A DNA stretch of 64,000 nucleotides from a virus (Duplodnaviria; Caudoviricetes). The stretch covers positions 1 through 64,000 of IMG/VR virus record IMGVR_UViG_3300042090_001530. One strand, written 5' to 3'. Below, in pieces: positions 8,424 to 16,904 of the stretch (position 1 is the first letter of the stretch; every line of letters begins with the position of its first letter). The position numbers and the translations under genes were made by a program. Under the pieces are notes generated by a model. That model saw nothing but the letters and a program-made list of their open reading frames with translations. It had not been told where the DNA came from and made no database searches.

Positions 8424-8857
8424 TTACCGGTGGACGCAGCGACGGGCTTGCGCTCGGCACGCTCATCCCAACCAGTTCGGGACTGACGCCCTTGGGGCAG
8501 CTCCGCGTCGGCGACAGCGTCTTCGACGAAAACGGGCAACCCTGCACGGTCGTTGGAGCGGGTCGCTCGACCGGAGACCGTGCGTGCTACGAGATCGAGT
8601 TCAGCGGCGGCTCGACTTTCATCGTCGGCGCCGATCAGCCGTGGATCGTCGATACTCGCAAGTCGCGCATGTATCGACTTGAACAGACGCGTCGTGCGGC
8701 GACCGTGGGCCCACTGGGCAAGCGTCGGTACGGCGCCGCACTGCCGCCGGCGCGGCTCGCGCCCGAGCGACGTGCGGCACTCGCCGAACTCGGTATGACG
8801 TGGCCGCCGTCGGTGACCGACCTGGAGTTCACGGCGCCTGTCGCCCCGGCCGACTAG
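8420..8857 (+). CDS. orphan intein-like Hint N-terminal fragment, apparently inactive
   Basis: GLALGTLIPTSSGLTPLGQLRVGDSVFDENGQPCTV...CYEIEFSGGSTFIVGADQPW resembles blocks A/B of DnaB-type inteins. Confidence 0.65.
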   Translation: MITGGRSDGLALGTLIPTSSGLTPLGQLRVGDSVFDENGQPCTVVGAGRSTGDRACYEIEFSGGSTFIVGADQPWIVDTRKSRMYRLEQTRRAATVGPLGKRRYGAALPPARLAPERRAALAELGMTWPPSVTDLEFTAPVAPAD

Positions 8858-9028
8858 TCCGCGTGGTGCGCAGCCCGGGGGGCGCATTCGTCAACGACTT
8901 GCGCGCCGGGGTCCGTAGCCCCAAACTCGGGCTAGAAGATCACGCCCGCCCCGATCACCAGTCGAGGCGGGCTACACGGATCGAATCGGCTCCCCCCAAT
9001 GCTAGAACGCACCAACGGGAGCTGACGC

Positions 9029-10270
9029 ATGCCGCGAGATCACCGGAACGCACGGCCCTACTGGCCGCACTCCCAGCCCGAGCCCATCCACGAAGCCGAC
9101 ATCCCCGATGCGCCCGTCTGTCCCGGGAAATGCAACGCGGCCTGGCGCGCCGCCGAAGAACGCGTCCGGCTCCACGGCGGCGAACACGACCTCGAGCCCG
9201 AACCCGGCGCGCCCGTCTGGTGCCCGCCGTGCCAAACCGAGATCCGCGGCGCCCTCGACGACTGGCCCGACCTCGCCGTGCGCCTCGCCGAAGAGATCGG
9301 ATCCGGCGTCAGGACCCGCATCGGCGAATACGTGTCCGGGTCCAAAACGCGGCCCATCCACGAGCACGAAGCGCCCAGCCTCCTGCTCGACGAGATGGCC
9401 GAATGGCTGCCGGAATGGGGCGCGACCATCGCCAGAGAGCGCGGGCTGCCGGAGCGCCCCGGCCGGCGCCCGGGCGCGGACCCCATCGCGCAGATCACCG
9501 ACGCCTGCCGGTTCCTGACCATCCACCTCACTTGGCACCTGGGCGAACGTCCCGCCGACGAGCACGAACGCGCCGAAGACTTCGGCCGCGAACTGCTCGC
9601 CGCCACCCGCCGCGCCCGCACCATCACCGGCACCCAGGAGTCCGAGCCCATCCGCGTCATCGGCGTCGCCTGCCCGCACTGCGACCGCAAGGCGCTCGAA
9701 TACGAGATCGAAGACAGCCCCACCCGTAAAGCCGCCGTCAAGCGGTATCGGTACGACGGCGACGACGTGGCCAACGAACCGCAAACCATCGGCCCCGACG
9801 AGGCACGACGCCTGCGCCTGCCCCGACACTTCGAGACCGCGCTACGCCAGCGCATGCAACTCGGCCCCGACCCGGCCGGCTGGAAACTCCTCGCCGACTG
9901 CGACACCCACGACCTACGAGCCCTCGACGGCCACCCCGGCATCGACAGTCGGCTCACCGACCGCCTCGACGAGTATCAGGCCGAGCGCGTCCGCGACCTG
10001 CCCGCCGCGGTCCTCGACGACCTGTTCGCCGGGCCGTACGGCATCCCCGGCAAGGCGGTCGAGACCATCACCGTGAACGTGCAAGGCTCCGTCGTCGGCT
10101 ACGTCCGCTGCCGCCGCTGCAGGCCCCTGTTCCGCATGAACCTCGACGAATACCACAAGTGGACGCGCATGCTCGCCGCCGGCGACGAAGTACGCGCCAA
10201 GGCCACCGCCGAGAAACTGCGCGAAGTGTTCGGCAACTCCGTCCCCGTGCAGTACCGAGTCAAGAAGTGA
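9029..10270 (+). CDS. phage protein with several CxxC Zn-binding motifs (possible late regulator)
   Basis: CPGKC, WCPPC, CPHCDRKAL and CRRC motifs; GGGAG RBS. Confidence 0.7.
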   Translation: MPRDHRNARPYWPHSQPEPIHEADIPDAPVCPGKCNAAWRAAEERVRLHGGEHDLEPEPGAPVWCPPCQTEIRGALDDWPDLAVRLAEEIGSGVRTRIGEYVSGSKTRPIHEHEAPSLLLDEMAEWLPEWGATIARERGLPERPGRRPGADPIAQITDACRFLTIHLTWHLGERPADEHERAEDFGRELLAATRRARTITGTQESEPIRVIGVACPHCDRKALEYEIEDSPTRKAAVKRYRYDGDDVANEPQTIGPDEARRLRLPRHFETALRQRMQLGPDPAGWKLLADCDTHDLRALDGHPGIDSRLTDRLDEYQAERVRDLPAAVLDDLFAGPYGIPGKAVETITVNVQGSVVGYVRCRRCRPLFRMNLDEYHKWTRMLAAGDEVRAKATAEKLREVFGNSVPVQYRVKK

Positions 10271-10545
10271 GCGCGCAGATCGATCCGACGGACCCGCTGT
10301 TCAAGCCGCTCACGCTGAACGAAGTCCTCGAGATCACCGAGCGGTCCCAGCGCACGATCAACCGGTGGATCCAGACCGGCCGGCTGACCGCCTACGAGGA
10401 GAAGCATCGGCGTCAGATTCTGTTCAACGAGGACGAAGTCGTCGAGCTCGAGTACGAGAAGAACCGGGCGCGCAGACAGGGTCGCCCGCGACCCAAGGGA
10501 AGCCGCGAGGGTCCTGGGGCTGAGGGAATTGACGCAGGTGGCTAG
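10267..10545 (+). CDS. helix-turn-helix DNA-binding protein (excisionase/MerR-like HTH)
   Basis: TLNEVLEITERSQRTINRWIQTGRL; GTGA overlap. Confidence 0.75.
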   Translation: MSAQIDPTDPLFKPLTLNEVLEITERSQRTINRWIQTGRLTAYEEKHRRQILFNEDEVVELEYEKNRARRQGRPRPKGSREGPGAEGIDAGG

Positions 10546-10558
10546 GCTGACCCACAAT
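10529..10558 (+). promoter_or_regulatory. putative sigma70/HrdB promoter
   Basis: TTGACG-N18-CACAAT upstream of the tRNA and late genes. Confidence 0.45.
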
Positions 10559-10672
10559 GGCCGGGGATAAGTGCGCCCGCAGGCGCCGTCCGGATGAGAA
10601 TTGCCGAACCCCGTGGGGATCGGAAGTAGGCTCGCCTCGGTTCCGGCCGGACCTGGCTGAGCTTGCGGCTTT

Positions 10673-10699
10673 GAGAACCCCGCCCACCGCGGGGTTCTC
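10673..10699. terminator. hairpin upstream of the tRNA
   Basis: GAGAACCCCGC-CCACC-GCGGGGTTCTC perfect 11-bp stem. Confidence 0.45.
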
Positions 10700-10710
10700 G
10701 GCTTTCTGGT

Positions 10711-10782
10711 GCCGTGTTAACTCAGCGGTAGAGTGCCGCCTTCGTAAGGCGGAAGTCCAGGGTCCGATCCCCTGACGCGGCT
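10711..10782 (+). tRNA. tRNA-Thr(CGT) with variant T-loop and no encoded CCA
   Basis: Cloverleaf: acceptor GCCGTGT/ACGCGGC, D-arm ACTC/GAGT, anticodon arm CCGCC-TTCGTAA-GGCGG, T-arm CAGGG-TCCGATC-CCCTG. Confidence 0.8.
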
Positions 10783-10872
10783 CGAAGCACTGACGTACCC
10801 TGGGCGTGTCGGCGGAGACGAGGGTAGCGAACTGTTCCGTGGATCATCAGTAAACATCAGCTTCCATAGGCA

Positions 10873-10878
10873 TATACT
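10873..10878 (+). promoter_or_regulatory. putative -10 box for leaderless tnpA
   Basis: TATACT 6 nt before the GTG start; no RBS. Confidence 0.45.
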
Positions 10879-10884
10879 GACCCT

Positions 10885-11454
10885 GTGAAGCTTTCGGAGT
10901 GGGCGCGGCGGGAGGGTGTGCACTACCAGACCGCGTGGGAGTGGGCCCGGGACGGGAAAATGCCTGTGCCGACCTACCGCACCCCGTCTGGGACCTGGAT
11001 GGTACGCGCCGAACCCGAACGGCCTACGGGCCGAGTTGTCGCCTACTGCCGGGTCTCCTCGCAGGATCAGAAGCCCGACCTCGAACGCCAGGCCGGGCGC
11101 GTGGTCGCGGGCGCAACATCCCAGGGTTTCGCAGTGGCGGAGGTCGTCACCGAGATCGGATCCGGCCTCAACGGCAAGCGCCGGAAACTACATCGGCTGC
11201 TCGCCGACCCGGACGCTACGGTGATCGTGGTCGAGCATCGCGACCGGCTCGCCCGGTTCGGCGTCGAGCACCTCGAGGCCGCGCTCGCCGCGACCGGCCG
11301 CAGGCTCGTGATCCTCGACCCGGAGGAGACCGCCGACGATCTCGTGCGGGACATGACCGAGATCCTCACCTCGATGTGCGCGCGCCTCTACGGGCGCCGC
11401 TCCGCGAAGAACCGCGCGGCACGCGGCATGGCCGCGATGGCAGCCGACCAGTGA
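10885..11454 (+). CDS. tnpA: IS607 transposase (MerR-HTH + serine recombinase)
   Basis: MKLSEWARREGVHYQTAWEW HTH; YCRVSSQDQ catalytic motif; EIGSGLNGKR; VEHRDRLARFG. Confidence 0.93.
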   Translation: MKLSEWARREGVHYQTAWEWARDGKMPVPTYRTPSGTWMVRAEPERPTGRVVAYCRVSSQDQKPDLERQAGRVVAGATSQGFAVAEVVTEIGSGLNGKRRKLHRLLADPDATVIVVEHRDRLARFGVEHLEAALAATGRRLVILDPEETADDLVRDMTEILTSMCARLYGRRSAKNRAARGMAAMAADQ

Positions 11455-12836
11455 CCGTACAGGCGTTCAAGTTCGCCCTGGACCCGACGCCGTCTCAGGC
11501 CCGGGATCTGCTGCGGCACGCCGGCGCCGCGCGGGTCGCGTTCAACTGGGGTCTCGCGCAGGTCAAGGCGAACCTCTCGCAGCGCGAGGCCGAACGCTCC
11601 TACGGCATCGACGGCGACGACCTGACGCCGTCCCTGAGCTGGTCGATGTATTCGCTGCGCAAGGCCTGGAACCAGGCCAAGGATGATGTTGCGCCGTGGT
11701 GGGCCGAATGCTCGAAAGAGGCGTACGCGGCCGGGCTGAACCACCTGGCCGCGGCACTGAAGAACTGGTCGGACTCAAAGAAGGGCAAGCGCGCCGGGCG
11801 CCCGATGGGCTTCCCCAGGTTCAAGTCCCGGCGCCGCGCGACACCGTCGGTGAAGTTCACCACCGGCGCGATCCGCGTCGAGCCCGATCGCAAGCACGTC
11901 ACACTGCCCGTCCTGGGCACGATCAAGACGCACGAGTCGACGCGGAAACTGTCGCGGAAGATCGAGGCGGGTGCGGCGCGGATCCTGTCCGCGACGGTCC
12001 GGTTCGAGCGGGGCCGCTGGTTCGTCGCGTTCACCGTCGAGGCCGTGCGCAAGGAAGTCGCACCACGCCGACCCGGCGCCGTGGTCGGCGTGGACCTGGG
12101 CATCAAGACGCTCGCGGTCCTGTCCGAGGGCGAGCCGGTCCCGAACCCGCGGCACTTCGACGCCGCGCGCCGGAAACTCGCGCGCACTTCGCGCACCGTG
12201 TCCCGCCGTCAAGGCCCGGACCGGCGTACCGGGCGGCAGCCGTCGAACCGGTGGAAGCGTGCGAACGCGGCCCGCAACAAGGTGCACCACCAGGTGGCGG
12301 CGCAGCGCCGTGACGGCCTGCACAAGCTGACGACGCGCCTGGCGAAGCATTACGGCACGATCGTGATCGAAGACCTCAACGTCGCCGGGATGGTGCGGAA
12401 CAAGAAGCTCGCCCGGCTGATCTCGGATGCCGGGTTCGGCGAGTTCCGGCGGCAGCTCGCCTACAAGACCGAGTGGTACGGCGCCCGGCTGGTGGTTGCC
12501 GACCGCTGGTACCCCAGCAGCAAGACGTGTTCGGGCTGTAAGACAGTGAAACCCAAGCTGTCCCTAGCCGAGCGCGTGTTTACCTGTGAGGCGTGCGGCC
12601 TGGTCATCGACCGGGACCTGAACGCTGCTCTGAATCTGCGCGACCTTGTCGCGCACGTCGCCGGGAGTGGCCCGGAGACGTTAAACGGACGCCGAGCCGA
12701 CCGTGAGACCAGGCCTCGCCTGGCAGGTGGCGCAACCCCGCGACAGCGGACAGAAACGTCAATCTTGCGCCCGGCAGCAGTCGGGGTCAGACAGGAACCT
12801 TCGCCCCTCACGGGGCGGATCCTTGAGATTCACTGA
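11451..12836 (+). CDS. tnpB: TnpB RNA-guided nuclease
   Basis: AFKFALDPTPSQ HTH; RuvC motifs GVDLG, IEDL and DRDLNAA; CSGC/CEAC Zn finger. Confidence 0.92.
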   Translation: MTVQAFKFALDPTPSQARDLLRHAGAARVAFNWGLAQVKANLSQREAERSYGIDGDDLTPSLSWSMYSLRKAWNQAKDDVAPWWAECSKEAYAAGLNHLAAALKNWSDSKKGKRAGRPMGFPRFKSRRRATPSVKFTTGAIRVEPDRKHVTLPVLGTIKTHESTRKLSRKIEAGAARILSATVRFERGRWFVAFTVEAVRKEVAPRRPGAVVGVDLGIKTLAVLSEGEPVPNPRHFDAARRKLARTSRTVSRRQGPDRRTGRQPSNRWKRANAARNKVHHQVAAQRRDGLHKLTTRLAKHYGTIVIEDLNVAGMVRNKKLARLISDAGFGEFRRQLAYKTEWYGARLVVADRWYPSSKTCSGCKTVKPKLSLAERVFTCEACGLVIDRDLNAALNLRDLVAHVAGSGPETLNGRRADRETRPRLAGGATPRQRTETSILRPAAVGVRQEPSPLTGRILEIH

Positions 12837-12941
12837 AACTCAGGGAACGGCGCCCCTGTCGTACACGCTGTGGACCACGGACACGACGTCGGCCCCGCGC
12901 GGCGAGGAGCCGCCGGACACCGCGGTTCCGGCACGGGTCTG

Positions 12942-13130
12942 ATGCGCGGCCGACTGCTCGGCTGGGCCGACGCGCTCGCCCACGCCCTGTACTGCCCGAC
13001 GATGCTGGGGCGCCGCATCGTGCGCGCCCGCTGGCACCACCGGATCCACCTGATCCCGGGCCAACTGCTCGTCGTGGCGTGTGACCGGTACGAGCGCTCG
13101 GTCACCGATGGGGACCCGGACGCCGCATAG
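12942..13130 (+). CDS. hypothetical protein
   Basis: 62 aa; start of the late small-gene cluster. Confidence 0.5.
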   Translation: MRGRLLGWADALAHALYCPTMLGRRIVRARWHHRIHLIPGQLLVVACDRYERSVTDGDPDAA

Positions 13131-13152
13131 GCCCGCGGCCGGGGGCGAGCCG

Positions 13153-13704
13153 ATGCGCAACTCCGAGCCGGGCCACAGCGAGCACGTCCCGCTCCGGGAC
13201 TACCTCGACAGTAAGGTCGACCACCTCGAGTCGTTGATCCACGCGAACGCCGAACTCGCACACCAACGCTTCGAAGACCAGGACAAGGCGGTTCTTGCCG
13301 CGCTCGCCGCGCAGGAGAAGGCCGTCGCGGCAACTCTGGCCGCACAGGAGAAGTCGAGTGCTGCGGCACTGGCCTCCGCCGATCGTGCGGTGACCAAGGC
13401 CGAACTCGCAGCAGGCGAGAGATTCGCCGCGGTTAACGAGTTCAGGGCCCAGCTCAGCGACCAGGCCTCGACGTTCATGTCCCGGGCCGAAGCGCTGCTC
13501 CAGATCCAAGCGAACACCGAGAAAATCGACGGCTTGTCTGCCCGCATGGACCGGAACGAGGGCGGCCGCGCCGGATCCCTGGAGACCCGCAGCGAGCTCC
13601 GCGAATCGCACAACACTGGCGTGAGTCACACGGTGTTGGCCTTCATGGGCACCTCGATCTTGATTTCTGTCGGCGCGCTGGTCGCGTCGATCCTGCTGCG
13701 CTGA
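13153..13704 (+). CDS. coiled-coil phage membrane protein with C-terminal TM
   Basis: AVTKAELAAGERFAAVNEFRAQLSDQ motif recalled from actinophage proteins; C-terminal hydrophobic anchor. Confidence 0.7.
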   Translation: MRNSEPGHSEHVPLRDYLDSKVDHLESLIHANAELAHQRFEDQDKAVLAALAAQEKAVAATLAAQEKSSAAALASADRAVTKAELAAGERFAAVNEFRAQLSDQASTFMSRAEALLQIQANTEKIDGLSARMDRNEGGRAGSLETRSELRESHNTGVSHTVLAFMGTSILISVGALVASILLR

Positions 13705-13807
13705 CGGCGCGTTGCCAAGAGTCCGCGCGCGGGGACCTCGCCCCTACCTTCTTCGATGTGGCACCTCAAAGAAGGTATACATTCCTCGATGCGCACAGGG
13801 GGCAGTC

Positions 13808-14101
13808 TTGACCGTCCCCGACCACCTGCCCGGCGATGACGACTGGACGCCGCTCGATCCGGACAACGCGATCCGGTACTACTACCGTACCGACGTGGTC
13901 GGCCCGATCGGATTGGTCTGGTCGCACCACCTCGACGATGGCCGGTGGTGCGCAGCGAACATCCCTTTTCGCGGGTACGGCGACGGACGGCCCGAATGGA
14001 CGGTCGTGCTCGACGACCCGCTCACGATCACCCCGGCACTCCGATGTAAGGCCTGCGCCACGAAGGCCTGGCTCGATGGGGGAGCAGTGAGACCGGCATG
14101 A
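13808..14101 (+). CDS. DUF6527-like small Zn-binding protein
   Basis: WTVVLDDPLTITPALRCKACATKAWLDGG. Confidence 0.55.
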   Translation: MTVPDHLPGDDDWTPLDPDNAIRYYYRTDVVGPIGLVWSHHLDDGRWCAANIPFRGYGDGRPEWTVVLDDPLTITPALRCKACATKAWLDGGAVRPA

Positions 14102-14334
14102 CTGGGCCGCTGCCTCGAGTTGAGCGCGACCCAGAAGACGATCACCCGCTGTTCTTCCACGCCTGCACTGGCGTGCACGCCGGCTGGGAGAACTTCGGCG
14201 CGAAACTGCCGCTCGGCCCGGACGGCTGGCAGTGGCAGGCCGACGGGTCGCTCACGCCGTCGATCCAGTGCCTCGAGGGCTGCGGCACGCACGGTTTCTG
14301 GGACGGCCCAGAGCGCGGATGGCGGCCAGCATGA
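14098..14334 (+). CDS. DUF6527-like small Zn-binding protein (paralogue)
   Basis: WQWQADGSLTPSIQCLEGCGTHGFWDG...WRPA. Confidence 0.6.
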   Translation: MTGPLPRVERDPEDDHPLFFHACTGVHAGWENFGAKLPLGPDGWQWQADGSLTPSIQCLEGCGTHGFWDGPERGWRPA

Positions 14335-14416
14335 CCGCCCGCTCGTTCCGTGTCCGCATTGTCGCCGATTTCGATGAATGGCGCGCATGGCTGCGCGACG
14401 GAATGCTCGAACTCGC

Positions 14417-14728
14417 ATGACCGGCCTCGACCCCGAGCCCGCGGATCGCGCGGTCGCCCGGATCCTCGCGGGCGGCCAACCTGACATCACTGAGCCGGCA
14501 ACTCTCGCCAGGAGCGAACTCGCGGACTGCGCCTGTCTCGCATGCGCGGACACCGGACACGCCTGCGAAGATCACCCGGACTTCCCATGGGAAGGCATCC
14601 ACGGCCCGACCGCGCTCCACCCCGAGCACGGTGGTCTAGGAATTCCCTGCCCGGCCTGTTGCGACCCGATCCCAGCCGACGGCCAGCACTCCATCAGCGA
14701 CGCCTTCACCCCGAGGCACCTGCGCTAA
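14417..14728 (+). CDS. Cys/His-rich hypothetical protein
   Basis: CLACADTGHACEDHPDFPW...GIPCPAC. Confidence 0.65.
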   Translation: MTGLDPEPADRAVARILAGGQPDITEPATLARSELADCACLACADTGHACEDHPDFPWEGIHGPTALHPEHGGLGIPCPACCDPIPADGQHSISDAFTPRHLR

Positions 14729-14823
14729 GCACGACCCAAACCAATCCGGAGAACAGCGCCATCAGCACCACCGCACTCCTAGACCGACCCGCGCCACCTG
14801 CCCGAGCAGTCGGGGACCGTCCG

Positions 14824-15024
14824 ATGAACTTCCGGCCTCCCCGCATCGGCGACCTGATGGCCGTGCGCACCACCGACCCGTACCTGGACGAGGTCCACGT
14901 CGTCGTAGACCGCGTCGCCGACCACGGATCCTTCCTGCTCATTTCCGGCGCCTGGGGCGAGCACGACCTTGAGGTCGTGGTCCGCAGGGTCGGCGAGCAC
15001 CAACACCAACCAATGGAGCACTGA
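14824..15024 (+). CDS. hypothetical protein
   Basis: GGGGA RBS; 66 aa. Confidence 0.5.
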   Translation: MNFRPPRIGDLMAVRTTDPYLDEVHVVVDRVADHGSFLLISGAWGEHDLEVVVRRVGEHQHQPMEH

Positions 15025-15025
15025 C

Positions 15026-15271
15026 ATGTCCCGTGCAGGCGAGTACTTCGACGAGCGACTCAAGGCCCTCGAAGCCCTGGCGCACAAGCTGATCAGCCAC
15101 GAAGACCCGGAGGTCAAGGCCGCCGGTGAGGACGTCTCCAAGGCCGTCGCCGAACTCCGCAGCGACGCCCCCGCGCTCGAGGCCGAAGTGAAGGCCGACG
15201 CCGAGAAGGTCGCCAAGACCGCCGAGAAGGACGCGGGCGAGATCGCGGCCGATGTCGCGAAGGACGCCTGA
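15026..15271 (+). CDS. acidic alpha-helical hypothetical protein
   Basis: GGAG RBS; A/E/K-rich. Confidence 0.65.
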   Translation: MSRAGEYFDERLKALEALAHKLISHEDPEVKAAGEDVSKAVAELRSDAPALEAEVKADAEKVAKTAEKDAGEIAADVAKDA

Positions 15272-15273
15272 GC

Positions 15274-15552
15274 GTGCCAGCCGCAATCGGCGCGAGGATC
15301 GCCAGCATCACGTGCGAGCAGTGTCGGACCGCTGAAGCCGAAGCCGCCACGCTCTCCGGCAGCATCCTGTGCCGCGCATGCGCGCAGGTCGGCAATCACC
15401 AGGCCCTCCCGAACGACGCGTGCGCCAAGTGCCGCAGCCGCGAACCGGCTTTCACCCGCCTGCCGTCCGGCATCCAGATGTGCAGGCCGTGCACGGTCGA
15501 GATCGTCGAAGGCGCGCAGGCCATCGGCGACAGGACCGACATCGAGAACTGA
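15274..15552 (+). CDS. multi-CxxC Zn-ribbon protein
   Basis: CEQC, CRAC, CAKC and CRPC. Confidence 0.65.
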   Translation: MPAAIGARIASITCEQCRTAEAEAATLSGSILCRACAQVGNHQALPNDACAKCRSREPAFTRLPSGIQMCRPCTVEIVEGAQAIGDRTDIEN

Positions 15553-15592
15553 CCGCCAACCCACCACCCACCACAGCGCAGGACGGACAACC

Positions 15593-15913
15593 ATGAGCCA
15601 GACCGAAGACCGGCGCTACCGCGTCACCTGGCGGAGCCTGCCGCCCGCCTCGATCACCCCCATCAACTCGTCCGGGATCGAGGTTCTGGAAGAGCGTGTG
15701 GTGACCGCTGCGTACTACCGGCGCGAAGGTGAACGCGACGAGCGGTACGTGTTCAAGCGCGCCGACGGGATGCCCGCATTCGACGTCGCCGTCTCTCTGG
15801 TCGAGACCGTTGAGGTCCTCGACGATGAGGACGCGAACGAAGCGGCCACTCAGGCCGCGTACGAGCGGGCGAAGACTGCCGGGCGCTCCAAGCTGCGGAT
15901 GGCGAGCGCCTGA
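15593..15913 (+). CDS. hypothetical protein
   Basis: AGGA RBS; VTAAYY...YVFK...AFDV. Confidence 0.7.
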   Translation: MSQTEDRRYRVTWRSLPPASITPINSSGIEVLEERVVTAAYYRREGERDERYVFKRADGMPAFDVAVSLVETVEVLDDEDANEAATQAAYERAKTAGRSKLRMASA

Positions 15914-16257
15914 TGCTCACCGGAAAGGCCGCCAAGCTGCGGCCCGACATCAACGACCTCCACGTCACCCCGCTCGTGCTCGTCTCCGAGGACGACGCGC
16001 CCCAGCCGTACGCGGCCGACGGCGAGCACGCGGACATGCTCCGCGCCTGGGCACGCACCACGAACGTGCGCCGCATGCAGGAATCGCGAGCGCGCAATGC
16101 CCGCGACATCCCGACCTCCGGGCCAGGGCGGCGGCGGGCCAAGCAGCACCGCAACCGCGGCCTGTGCCTCGAACGGGTCGCGGGCGCCAAGCGGTGCAGG
16201 CGCGACGCGGCCGACGAGACCGGGCGCTGCGGGCGGCACGCGAAGGATGACGCATGA
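15913..16257 (+). CDS. hypothetical protein with C-terminal C-C-C-H Zn knuckle
   Basis: CLERVAGAKRCRRDAADETGRCGRH. Confidence 0.6.
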   Translation: MLTGKAAKLRPDINDLHVTPLVLVSEDDAPQPYAADGEHADMLRAWARTTNVRRMQESRARNARDIPTSGPGRRRAKQHRNRGLCLERVAGAKRCRRDAADETGRCGRHAKDDA

Positions 16258-16904
16258 TCACGTCCGAGGTGCCGCTCGACCAGTACGGCCACGGCCGCAT
16301 TCCCGCATCGGACGCCGAAGTCCGAACTGCCATCGACTCCATCGCCGAGATCCACGCGCAAGACCAAAACGAGCCCGACCACACGGTCGGCCGCCTGACC
16401 ATCTCCTGGCCGAACGGCCCAAGGCGCCCGGCGGCGGTAGAAGTCGAATTCCACGATGCCCAGACCGGCGAACCCATCACCGGCTGCGTCGCCTTCAGCC
16501 TCGGCGGCAGGCGCCTCGACGTCCACGGCAGGATCACGGCCGACCTCACGCTCCTCGTAGACGACGACGGCCAGCCGCTGAGCCCCGGCGCGGCCCCCGC
16601 GTTCACCGACGAATACCGCCAGTGGATCGAGCAGGGCCAGCCGATCGACGAAGAGCCGTCGCCCCAGGTGAAGACGGCCGTATTCCGCTACCTCGTCGAG
16701 AAGATGCGGATGCCGGCCCCCAGTCCCGGGCAGTGCGCATGGACCGGCTGCCGCCACACTGCGAGCCAGCACGCGGATGGGACGGGACCTTGCACGTACG
16801 ACGACCCGTACGGGTTTGACTACGGGGTCGCGTGCACGTGCCGCGGGTTCAACTACAACGCCCCGCCAGCCGGCCGCGACGACTCCATGGGGGTCGACGC
16901 GTGA
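16254..16904 (+). CDS. hypothetical protein (shared domain B + Zn module)
   Basis: Paralogous to 16901..17599 and 18971..19339; C-terminal CAWTGCRH...H...C...CTC..F. Confidence 0.75.
   Translation: MITSEVPLDQYGHGRIPASDAEVRTAIDSIAEIHAQDQNEPDHTVGRLTISWPNGPRRPAAVEVEFHDAQTGEPITGCVAFSLGGRRLDVHGRITADLTLLVDDDGQPLSPGAAPAFTDEYRQWIEQGQPIDEEPSPQVKTAVFRYLVEKMRMPAPSPGQCAWTGCRHTASQHADGTGPCTYDDPYGFDYGVACTCRGFNYNAPPAGRDDSMGVDA

Larger units (their letters stand above)
10841..12850 (+). mobile_element. IS607-family element (ends approximate)
   Basis: Serine-recombinase tnpA plus tnpB. Right end ...CTCAGGGAACGG; left end at GG 10841-10842; related end motifs CAGTAAACATCAG and CACTGAAACTCAG. Confidence 0.8.

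Noticed and set aside
10711-10782. tRNA as a prophage/AICE attachment site
   Set aside because: No second partial copy or integrase in the window, and phage-like genes lie on both sides.
10885-11454. Serine recombinase as a tail-fibre invertase
   Set aside because: HTH-first architecture and coupling to tnpB identify IS607 TnpA; no invertible repeats seen.
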